Assembly: GCA_030390025.1 (NCBI GenBank)
Contig: CM059452.1
Span: 5,766,001 to 5,830,000, forward strand
From: Squalus acanthias
Lineage: Eukaryota
Reading direction: 5' to 3'
Length of the DNA: 64,000 nucleotides
The notes under the pieces were generated by a model. It had not been told where the DNA came from. It saw only the letters and a program-made list of their open reading frames with translations, and searched no databases. This document shows, in pieces, positions 1 to 10,630 of this stretch; the first letter of the stretch is position 1, and every line of letters starts with the position of its first letter. Both the position numbers and the translations under genes were made by a program.

Positions 1-866
1 TTTAAAACCTCACCCACATCTTTCGGCTGTACACACAGATTGCCACTTTGGTCCCTAATGGGCCCTACACTTTCCCTGGTTATCCTATTGCCCTTAATAT
101 ACTTATAAAACACCTTGGAATTTTCCTTTATTTTGCCTGCCAGTGTTATTTCATGCCCCCTCTTTGCTCTCCTAATTTATTTTTTAAGTACCCCCCTGCA
201 CTTTCTATACACCTCTAGGGCTTCCACTGTTTTTAGTCCTTTGTATTTGCCAAAAGCCTCCCTTTTTTTTCTAATCCATTCTTGTATATCCCTTGACATC
301 CAGGGTTCCCTGGGCTTGTTGGTCCCACCCTTGACCTTTACGGGAACATGTTGCCGTTGTACTCTTTCTATTTCCTTTCTGAATGACTCCCACTGCTCTG
401 ATGTGGATTTTCCTACAAGTAGCTGATCCCAGTCCACTTTGGCCAGATCCTGCCTTATCATATTAAAATCGGCCTTCCCCCAATTTAGAACCTTTATCTC
501 CGGTCCATCTTTGTCCTTTTCCATGACTACCTTAAATCTCACCGAATTATGGTCACTGTCACCAAAATGCTCTCCTACTGACACTTCTACCACTTGCCCG
601 GCTACATTCCCAAGAATTAGGTCCAGTACCGCCCCCTTTCTTGTAGGACTTTCTACATGATGACTTATTAAGCTCTCCTGGATGCACTTTAAGAATTCCG
701 CACCCTCTGAGCCTTTCACACTCTGACTATCCCAGTTAATATTGGGGAAGTTGAAATCCCCTACTATTATTACCCTATTATTTCTACACTTCTCTGAGAT
801 TTGCCTACATGTTTGTTCCTCTATCTCCCCCTGACTGTTTGGGGGCCTATAGTACACTCCCAGCAA
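1..866 (-). mobile_element. CR1-clade LINE family A ORF2 fragment (APE endonuclease), 5'-truncated
   Basis: LGVYYRPPNS, GDFNFPNINW, LDLILGN and SDHNSV motifs in ORF 177..866. Confidence 0.92.
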
Positions 867-2178
867 AGTGCTGAGTATTCCATCACACTCCTTACTTGTG
901 CCTTGCAGATGGTAGAAAGGCTTTGGGGAGTCAGGAGATGAGACAGTCGCCGCAGAATAACTAGCCTCTGACCTGCTCTTGTAGCCACAATATTTATGTG
1001 GCTGGTCCAGTTAAGTTTCTGGTCAATGGTGACCCCCTGGATGTTGATGGTGGGGGATTCGGTGATGGTAATTCCATTGCATGACAAATGCGGTGGTTAG
1101 ACTCTCGCTTGTTGGAGATCGTTATTACCTGGCACTTGTGTGGCGTGAATGTTGCCTGCCACTTATCAACCCAAGTCTGAATGTCGTCCAGGTCTTGTTG
1201 CATGCGGGCATGGACTGTTTCATTATGTGAGGAGTTGTGAATGGCGCTGAACACATTTCTGACCTTATGTTGGAGGAAAGTTCATTGATGAAGCAGCTGG
1301 AGATGATTGGGCCGAGGACACTGCCCTGAGGAACTCCTGCAGTGATGTCCTGGGGCTGTGATGATTGACCTTCAAACACCACAACCATCTTCCTTTGTGC
1401 TAGGTATGACTCCAGCCAGTGGAGTGTTTTTCCCCTGATTCCCATTGACTTCAGTTTTACTAGGGCTCCTTGATGCCACACTCGGTCAAATGCTGCCTTA
1501 ATGTCAAGGGCAGTCACTCTCACCTCACCTCTGGAATTCAGCTCCTTTGTCCATGTTTGGACCAAGGCTGTAATGAGGTCGGGAGCCGAGTGGTCTTGGC
1601 CGAACCCAAACTGGGCATCAGTGAGCAGGTTATTGGTGAATAAGTGCCGCTTGATAACACAGTCGTTGACACCTTCCATCGCTTTGCTGATGATTGAGAG
1701 TAGACTGATGGGGCGGTCATTGGCCAGATTGAATTTGTCCTGCTTGTTGTGGACAGGACATAGCTGGGCAGTTTTCCACATTGTCGGATAGATTCCATTG
1801 TTGTAGCTGTACTGGAACAGCTTGGCTCGAGGCGCAGCTCATTCTGGAGCACGAGTCTTCAGCACGATAGCCTGGATGTTGTTGGGGCCCATAGCCTTTG
1901 CTGTATCCAGTGCGCTGAGCTGTTTCTTGATATCACGTGGAGTGAATCGAATTGTCTGAAGACTGGCTTCTGTGATGGTGGGGACCTTGAGTAGGCCGAT
2001 GTTGATCATCCACTCGGCACTTCTGGCTGAAGATGGCTGCAAACACTTTTGCACTCAAGTGCTGGGCTCCACCATCATTGAGGATGGGGACATTCCTGGA
2101 GCCTCCTCCTCCCGTTAGTTGTTTAATGGTCCACCACCATTCACGACTGGATGTGGCAGGACTGCAGAGCTTTGATCT
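867..2178 (-). mobile_element. CR1-clade LINE family B ORF2 fragment (reverse transcriptase), decayed
   Basis: RPISLLS, QFGF, ALDIKAAFDRVWH, GVPQGSVLGP; frameshifts; a ~25-bp deletion near 1253 removes the FADD motif that is present in the paralogous copy. Confidence 0.92.
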
Positions 2179-3071
2179 GATGGGACAGTGTAGAGGGAAA
2201 CAGGGATAGGTACATTTTTATTTTGACCATCAATTGCACAACGTTATTACACACTCGAGGTATATATCAGGAGATTCTGTGTGATGCTGAGGTGATCACT
2301 GGACAATAAATCACAGAGACTGGTGGGTAGCTGCTCATTATCCTCGGTGTGATTTCATTCCCTTCCCAACTGAATACTGCGGACAGACAGGATCACCATG
2401 GTAACGGACTGGTCATTGTGACATCACTTTCTAAACAAGAGCACTCAGAGAATGGGTTATCAATAACATTTGAAGGAATTAAAAGATCAGAAATTACATT
2501 TTGAATAAAATAAAATAAAATGGTGAAAAATAACTGGTGAACATAATCATTTTTTGTGGAATGCACTTGCAAACATTGACAAAAATGTGTTTTGTACACA
2601 CTCACACACACACATCACACATATATACAGCAAACACTTCTTGTATGCGCTCTATTCAATTGTTCACTTAACCAGATGAGAGATATATAATCCGGTGGAC
2701 ATTAGGACCCCGCGGCAGCCCATACGCCGGTGCTGTGAGGTCACGGTTCCAGGCTCTGTCACACAATCAGTGGGTCCCGCGAAAGATCAATAGAAAATAC
2801 TGCAGGAAAAATAAAGTAATCTTTAACACAACAGCGCTTGCCACTAAGTAGATCAAAGTGCAGTGCACTATTGCTCACCTTTAGTCCTGTCCCTCAATCC
2901 CAGCTCTTCTCTGGGAGCTTGTCACAAGATTCACCCCATCATTTCAACACAAATATTACCGACAAAATACCCGATCAATTAGAAATTACACACAGCTGCT
3001 GATAGCTATTAACAACAATAAACTTATGCTTCCAACCATAAATGATTGCATCCTCCCACCCACTCACATAT

Positions 3072-3893
3072 TGCAGTAACCAAAATTAATATCATACTTT
3101 AGGTTAATGTTAGAATATGTATAACATAGCATCAATGTACAGGGTGGAGGTGGCAAATTAATCCATGCCCTGAGTTAAACGGTAGACAGGTCTGTATTCA
3201 TTAGACAAGACTAAGATGGTGGGAAATTAAACTGCAGAGTCAGCTGCAGAGTATGACTCGTGGGAAAATTAGGGAGGATACCTACTCAGCAAGGCAGGAT
3301 AACACGCATACAAGATAACATACATAAGGATTGAGTGACGATGTGGCCTGAGGTGGCCTTCGCTTGTTTGTGAAGCTACAACATGGCTGGCCAGAAGACA
3401 AAATGGCTTACATCGAAGTCAAGTTGAACTAATTATACTATGCTTGCTTTGCAGAAGTACATGAGCAGGTCACAAGGTCAGAATCTGTGCTTTGAAGAGA
3501 TTGTGACTCTCAGACTACACGAATAGATAAGAAAGAAGGCCACGATGATAGAGGGGTTGGGATAAGTCAATTAAGCAAAAACATGATTGACTGCAGAATG
3601 TGGGAAGAAAGCGTAAAAATGTCACGCGGTAGAAGTAATGGATATAATGGAATACTAGACACCATGATGGATAAATTTGTACCCGCCCCTAGGGCAGGAT
3701 GAGACTGATAAGATTATGTATAAAAATGTAATTTACTAAGCTGTCGTTGGAGTCGGATCCAAGAGCGGTCTTGGAAGGTTCTCCCCAGGCCTGTGAATAA
3801 AGACCGTTTTGAACCATCACTCGAAGTCTGTCATCTGTAGTGAAGCTAAGCTTCGACCTTGTATATCACTCGGTCCGCTGATTGCTTACATCA
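3072..3893 (+). mobile_element. Solo LTR (822 bp)
   Basis: TG...CA termini (TGCAGTAA / TTACATCA, imperfect inverted repeat), 5-bp TSD CATAT (3067-3071 and 3894-3898), TATAAAA at 3719, AATAAA at 3796; absent at the paralogous site near 27640. Confidence 0.85.
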
Positions 3894-3944
3894 CATATAT
3901 GTATATTATTTATATTAATACCTGTCTATCCATCTAACAGAGAA

Positions 3945-4612
3945 ATGGTCTAGAACAGTAATAACGCAGATATGGTCTAGTGTAATGTAAACAGAGACAG
4001 GGTCTAGTGCTGTAATAACTGAGACAGGGTCTAGTGTAATATAAACAGAGACAGGGCCTAGTGTAATATAAACAGAGACAGGGTCTAGTGTAATATAAAC
4101 AGAGACAGGGTCTAGTGTAATATAAACAGAGACAGGGTCTAGTGTAATATAAACAGAGACAGGGTCTAGTGTAATATAAACAGAGACAGGGTCTAGTGTA
4201 ATATAAACAGAGACAGAGTCTCGTGTAATATATTCAGAGACAGGGTCTATTGTAATATAAACAGAGACAGGGTCTAGTGTAATATAAACAGAGACAGAGT
4301 CTCGTGTAATATAAACAGAGACAGGGCCTTGTGTAGTATAAACAGAGACAGGGTCTAGTGTAATATAAACAGAGACAGGGTCTAGTGTAATATAAACAGA
4401 GACAGGGTCTAGTGTAATATAAACAGAGACAGGGTCTAGTGTAATATAAACAGAGACAGGGTCTAGTGTAATATAAACAGAGACAGGGTCTAGTGTAAAA
4501 TAAACAGAGACAGGGCCTAGTGTAATATAAACAGAGACAGGGTCTAGTGTAAAATAAACAGAGACTGGGCCCAGTGTAATATAAACAGAGACAGGGTCTT
4601 GTGCAGTAATAG
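3945..4612. repeat. 27-bp minisatellite (GTCTAGTGTAATATAAACAGAGACAGG)n
   Basis: About 24 tandem copies; the source of the spurious (LDPVSVYIT)n ORF. Confidence 0.97.
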
Positions 4613-4614
4613 CT

Positions 4615-5095
4615 GATAATTCTGTGCCCTCTAGTTTCTGACCCTCCAACCAGTGGAAACAGTTCCATGGAATCGTAGAATGTTACAGCACAGAAGGAGG
4701 CAATTCAGCCCATCGAGTCTGTGCTGGCTCTTTCAAAGAGCAATGCAGTTAATCTCACCGCCCCCCCCCCACCGCTCTTTCCCCATATCCCTGAATATTT
4801 TTTCCTTCAAGCTTTTATCCAATTCCATTTTGAAGGTTACTATTGAATCTGGCACCACCCTATCAGCTGAACATTCCAAATCCTAACCACTCGTCGTGTT
4901 CAGACGGTTTTCCTCATATCGCCTCAGGTTCATTCTCCAGTCACCTTAAATCTGTGCCCTCCGGTTATCGACCCTTCAGCCATTGGAAACAGTTTCTCAT
5001 TGTTTACTCTATCAAAACCCCCCATGAATTTGAACACATCTATTAAATCTGCCCTGAACATTCTCGGCTCTAAGGAGAACAATCCCAGCTTCCAG
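4615..5095 (-). mobile_element. CR1-type LINE 3'-end fragments
   Basis: ORF2 C-terminal remnant (LGLFSLE..RADLIDVFKFM..FDRV..EKLFP....TGGHRFK), a second short ETRGH piece, and the tail GATGGGCTGAATTGCCTCCTTCTGTGCTGTAACATTCTA on the minus strand. Confidence 0.8.
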
Positions 5096-5380
5096 CTGCT
5101 CTGACGGTGAACCTCACGCAGTGTAAATCTCAAGTTCTGTGAGTCCTTCTGCCTCGGGCACTTCCAGATGTTCCTTTGCGAAACCTCTGAGACTTTTATA
5201 TGGACACAATGGAAATCCCGTGCACCTTTACAACAGTGTGGGAATAACATCCCAGGCAAGATAAGAGAACCAGGCCCTGACAATTAACCGGATCGGTGTA
5301 AGACTGGGCTCAGGCCCTGAACTTTAGACACACTGAGCTTAATGGCAACATTTTAAAATACAAGCTGTGATATGTTAACA

Positions 5381-5835
5381 GCCTCGGCTCAGTGGATCAC
5401 TCTCGCCTCGGAGTTAGGAGTTCATAGGTTCAAGCCCACACCAGAGGCCTGAGCCCATAATCTAGGCCGACACTCCCAGTGCAGTGCTGAGGGAGTGCTG
5501 CACTGTCGGAGGAGCCACCTTTCAGATGAGACGTTAAACCGAGACACCATCTGTCCTCTCAAGTGAATATAAAAGATCCTATGGCACTATTTTAAAGAAG
5601 AGCAGGGGAGTTCACCCTGGTATCCTGGTTAATATTTATCCCTCAACCAAAATCATTAAACACAGATATTTTGGTCAATATCTCCTTGCTGTCTGTGGGA
5701 TCTTGCTGTGCGCAAATTGGCTGCAGCATTGCTTACTTTACAACAGTGACTACATTTCCAAAGTTCTCATTGGCTGTAAATCTCTTTGGGACGTCCTGCG
5801 GCAGTGAAAGGCGCTATATAAATGCAAGTTCTTTC
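5381..5835 (+). mobile_element. Full-length tRNA-headed Deu-domain SINE (SacSINE1/AmnSINE1-like)
   Basis: A-box-like GGCTCAGTGG, B-box-like GGTTCAAGCCC, Deu-like core (GATGAGACGTTAAACCGAG...AAAAGATCCTATGGCACTATTT..GAAGAGCAGGGGAGTT), 3' end GAAAGGCGCTATATAAATGCAAGTTCTTT. Confidence 0.8.
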
Positions 5836-6700
5836 TAAATGTCAACATTTTAAAATCCAAGTTGCGATATGTTAAAAGCTCCGACATTACTGCGATTGTA
5901 GGACACTCCTCTGCTCACTGTTTGAACTTGTTTAGTTTCAATGGGTTGAAGCTTCCACTAAGTGGAACACCAGCCTGTTCACAGATGTCCCATTGATTTC
6001 AGCAGCAGAACTTTCAGAACTGAATTATTAATTTTAATAATTTTCCTTTTTGTTATAAATCACATCTGTTCAAAACTGAATCCAATGTCACTGTTCGAGA
6101 TATTTCAATTCATTTTGTACTAACTGCCAAAATTCTTAAAATAAACCCTTGTTGTGAGTTGAAACGAATCAATAAGTGACTTTGTTGATCTGGTTTTGCT
6201 GCCATGAACACTTCATGGAAACCAGTGAGGCGTTTATGTAAATAAACACAGAAATAGAAGTCCCAGATTAGAGTATTGAGCGACAGAAAAACAATAAATC
6301 TTTCCCCATCAACACAGAACAGAAATAAAGAGAGAAATGCAAATGTCTCAACGGATTCCAGCAACAATTGTTTTTGAGACATTTCTCTAAGTTATAGGAG
6401 AATAAAGTAAAGATGATATCCATGTTCAGAATGGGGAAAGATTCCCACAAGTCACCGTACATAGTGACATCAAAAATGTGTGTGTGGAGATTTCCTGTAT
6501 CCTCTCCCTCTCTGCCTCTCTCTCCTATTTCCACCTTCTGTCTTGCCTCTCATGAATGGATCATTGTCTTTACCCCAAAACAAGATGTCAATTTCTTGCA
6601 AAAGTTTTCCCTCAGCCCTATTCATAGGCCTCGAACCGAATTGATTGGAGTGCTCAGAGGGAGCTTTAATATAAAATGTAACCTATACATTAGATAAACT
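5836..6700 (+). repeat. Cassette copy 1, unique portion (long form), octamer ATGCAAAT at 6337-6344
   Basis: Homologous to five other copies in the window. Confidence 0.93.
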
Positions 6701-9537
6701 GGGAATGTTTGATGGGACAGTGTAGAGGGAGCTTTACTCTGTATCTAACCCGTGCTGTACCTGCCCTGGGAGTGTTTGATGGGACAGTGTAGAGGGAGCT
6801 TTACTCTGTATCTAACCCGTGCTGTACCTGCCCTGGGAGTGTTTGATGGGACAGTGTCGAGGGAGCTTTACTCTGTATCTAATCCGCGCTTTACCTGCCC
6901 TGAGAGCGTTTGATGTGAGTGTGTAGAGGGAGCTTCACTCTGTATATAACCCATGCAGTACCTGCCCTGAGAGTGTTTGATCGGACAGTGTAGAGGTTCT
7001 TTACTTGTATCTAATCCGTGCTGTACCTGCCCTGGGAGTGTTTGATGGGACAGTGTAAATGGAGAATCAATCTGTATCTAGGCCGTGCTGTACATACCCT
7101 GGGAGTATTTGATGGGAAAGTGTAGAGGGAGCTTTACTCTGTATCTAACCCGTGCTGTCCCTGCCCTGGTTATGTTTGATGGGACAGTGTAGAGGGAGCT
7201 TTACTCTCTCTTGAACACGCGCTGTACCTGCCCTGGGTATGGATGAAGCGTCAGTTTAGAGGGAGCTTTACTCTGTATCTAACCCTTGCTGTCCCTGACC
7301 TGGGAATGTGTGATGGGGCAGTGTGGAGGGAGCTTTATTCTGTATCTAACCAGTGCTGTACCTTTCGTGGGAGTTTTTGATGGGACATTCTAGAGGGAGC
7401 TTTACTCTGTATAAAACCCTTGCAGTACCTGCCCTGAGAGTTTTTGTTGGGGCAGTTTAGAGGGTGCTTTACTCTGTATCAAACCCTTGCTGTCCTTGTC
7501 CTGAGAATGTGTGATGGGACAGCGTAGAGGCAGCTTTATTCTGTAGCTAACCCGTCCTGTACCTGCCCTGGGAGTGTGTGATGGGACAGTGCAGAGGGAG
7601 CTTATTCAATATCTAATCCGTGTTGTACCTTCACAGGGCGCGTCTGATGGGACATTGTAAAGAAAGCTTTACTCTGTATCTAATCCGTGCAGTACCTGCC
7701 CTGGGTGTGTTTTATTGATCAGTGTCGAAGTAGCTTTACTCTGTATATAACCCATGCAGTGCCTGCGTGGGAGTATTTGATTGGACAGTGTAGAGGGAGC
7801 ATTACTCTGTATCTAATCTGTGTTTTATCTGCCCTGGGTGTGTTTGATGGGACAGTGTAAAGGAACCTTGTCACTGTATCTAATCCGTGCTGTACCTGTC
7901 CTGAGAATATTTGACGCGACAATGTAGAGGAAGCATTATTCTGCATCTAACACATGCTGTACTTGCCCTAGGAGTGTTTGATGGGACAGTGTAGAGGGAG
8001 CAATACTCTGTGTCTAACATGTGCAGAACCTGCCCTGGGAGTGTTTGATGGGACAGTTTAGTGTGAGCTTTGCTCTGTAACTAACCGGTGCTGTACTTGC
8101 CCTGGCTATGGGTGATGGGACAGTATAGAGGAAGCATTCCTATGTCTGAACACGTGCAGTACCTTCCCTGGAAATGTTTGATGGGACAGCGCAGAGGGAG
8201 CTTTACTCTGCATCTAACCCGTGCTGTACCTGCCCTGGGAGTGTTTGATTGGACAGCGTAGAGGGAGCTTTACACTGTATCTAACCTGTACTGCACCTGC
8301 CCTGGGAGTGTTTGATAGGAAAATGTAGAGCGATTTTTACTCTGTATCTAATCCGTGCTGTGCCTGTCCTGGCAGTGTTTGTTGGGACAGTGTAGAAGGA
8401 ACTTTACTCTGTATCTAACCTGTGATTACCTGCCCTGGGATTGTGTGATGGGACAGCGTAGAGGGAGCATTACTCTGTATCTAACCCGTGCTGTACCTGC
8501 CCTGGGAGTATTTGATGGGCAGTGTAGAGGGAGCTTTACTCTGTTTCTAACCCATGCTGTGCGTGCCCTGGGAATGATTGATGGGACAATGTTGAGGGAG
8601 ATTTACTTTGTATCTAACCGGTGCTGTGCCTACCCTGGGAATGTTGGGTGGAACAGTGTAGAGGGAGCGTTAATGTGTATCTATCCCTTTTTGTACCTGC
8701 GCAAGGAGTGTTTGATGGGACAGTGTGGAGGGAGCTTTACTCTATATCTAACCTGAGCTGTACCTGCCCTGGGAGTATTTGATGGGACAGTGTCGAGGGA
8801 GCTTTACTCTGAATCTAGCCCGTGCTGTACCTGCCCTGGGAGTGTTTGATGGGACAGTGTAGAGGGAGCTTTACTCTGTATTTAACCTGAGCTGTACCTG
8901 GCCTGGGAGTGTTTTATGGGACAGTGTGGAGGGAGCTTTACTCTGTATCTAAACCGAGCTCTACCTGGCCAGGTAGTGCTTGATGGGACAGTGTAGAGGG
9001 AGCTTTGCTTTGTATTTAACCCGTGCTGTACCTGCCCTTGGAGTGTTTGATGGGACAGTGTAGAGGGAGCTTTACTCTGTATCTAACCCGTGCTGTACCT
9101 GCCCTTGGAGTGTTTGATGGGACAGTGTAGAGGGAGCTTTAATCTGTATCTAACTCGTGCTGTAGCTGCCGTTGGAGTGATTGATGGGACAGTGTAGAGG
9201 GAGCTTTACTCTGTATCTAACCCTTGCAGTACCTGACCTGGGATTGTTTGTTGGGACAGTGTAGAGGGAGCTTTCGTCTGCATCGACCTGAACTTTACCT
9301 GCACTGGGAGTGTTTGATGGGACAGTGTGGAGGGAGCTTTACTCTGTATCTAACCCGTGCTGTCCCTGCCCTGGGTGTGTGTGATTGGACAGTCTAGGGA
9401 GAGCTTTATTCTGTATCTAGTCAGTGCTGGACCTGAACTGGGAGTGTTTGATCTTATACTGTAGAGGGAGCATCACTCTGCATTTAACGTGTGCTGTACC
9501 TGCCTTTGGAGTTTTAGATGGGAGAGTGTAGAGGGAC
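6701..9537 (+). repeat. 67-bp satellite array (GGGAGTGTTTGATGGGACAGTGTAGAGGGAGCTTTACTCTGTATCTAACCCGTGCTGTACCTGCCCT)n
   Basis: Period 67 (GATGGGACAG at 6711 and 6778); about 42 diverged monomers. Confidence 0.98.
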
Positions 9538-10630
9538 TTGATGGGCCGAATGGCCACCTTCTGTGACCTTATGACTGTATGAATCTATGACTCTATAACA
9601 GCAGTGGAGTTCTCCCTGGTATGTTGCTGAATATTTATCCCTCTACCAAAATCACTAAACACAGATATTTTGGTCAATATCTCCTTGCTATTTGTGGGAT
9701 CTTGCTGTGCGCAAATTGGCTGCAGCATTTCCTACTTTACAACAGTGACTATACTTCCAAAGTTCTTCATTATCTGTAAAGCGCTTTGGGACGTCCTGAG
9801 GCAGTGAAAGGCGCTATATAAATGCAAGATTTTTCTAAATGACACCATTTTAATGGGTTGAAGCTTCCACTAAATGGACATCCAGTGGATCACCAGCCTG
9901 TTCACAGATGTCCCATTGATTTCGGCAGCAGAACTTTCAGAACTGAATTATTAATTTTAATATTTTTTCCTCTGTTATAAATCACATCTGTTTTAACTGA
10001 CCAAAACTGAAGCCAACGTCACTCTTCAAGATATTTCTGTTCATTTTGTACCAACTGTCAATATTCTTAAAATAAACCCTTGTTGTGAGTTGAAACGAAT
10101 CAATAAGTGACTTTGTTGATCTGGTTTTGCTGCCATGAACACTTCATGGAAACCAGTGAGGCGTTTATGTAAATAAACACAGAAATAGAAGTCCCAGATT
10201 AGAGTATTGAGCGAGAGAAACACAATAAATCTTTCCCCACCAACACAGAACAGATTTAAAGAGAGAAATGCAAATGTCTCAACGGATTCCAGCAACAATT
10301 GTTTTTGGGACATTTCTCTAAGTTATAGGAGAATAAAGTAAAGATGATATCCATGTTCAGAATGGGGAAAGATTCCCACAAGTCACCGTACATTGTGACA
10401 TCACAAATGTGTGTGTGGAGATTTCCTGTATCCTCTCCCTCTCTGCCTCTCTCTCCTATTTCCACCTTCTGTCTTGCCTCTCAAGAATGGATCATTGTCT
10501 TTACCCCAAAACAAGACGTCAAAGTCTTACAAAAGTTTTCCCTCAGCCCTATTCATAGGCCTCGAACCAAATTGATTGGAGTGCGCAGAGGGAGCTTTAA
10601 TATAAAATGTAACCTGTACATTGGATAAAC
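9538..10630 (+). repeat. Cassette copy 2: CR1-type tail + 3' half of SINE + unique DNA (octamer 10268-10275)
   Basis: GATGGGCCGAATGGCC...(CTATGA)n tail, SINE from ~9600, then a match to 5836-6700 with an ~88-bp deletion. Confidence 0.93.

Noticed and set aside
2380-2430. ACCATGGT-containing stretch resembling a JH or C-domain fragment (also ~26955-27000)
   Set aside because: No WGxG frame, RSS or splice donor, and the two copies do not keep a common Ig-like frame.
3915-4668. 244-aa (LDPVSVYIT)n and 144-aa Cys/Tyr-rich ORFs
   Set aside because: Translations of a 27-bp tandem repeat that lacks stops in those frames; not conserved as ORFs in the second array.
6110-6697. Recurrent 90, 88 and 94 aa ORFs in the cassettes
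   Set aside because: Overlapping on both strands, no recognisable domain, broken in some copies (2 and 6); similarity is explained by recent duplication.
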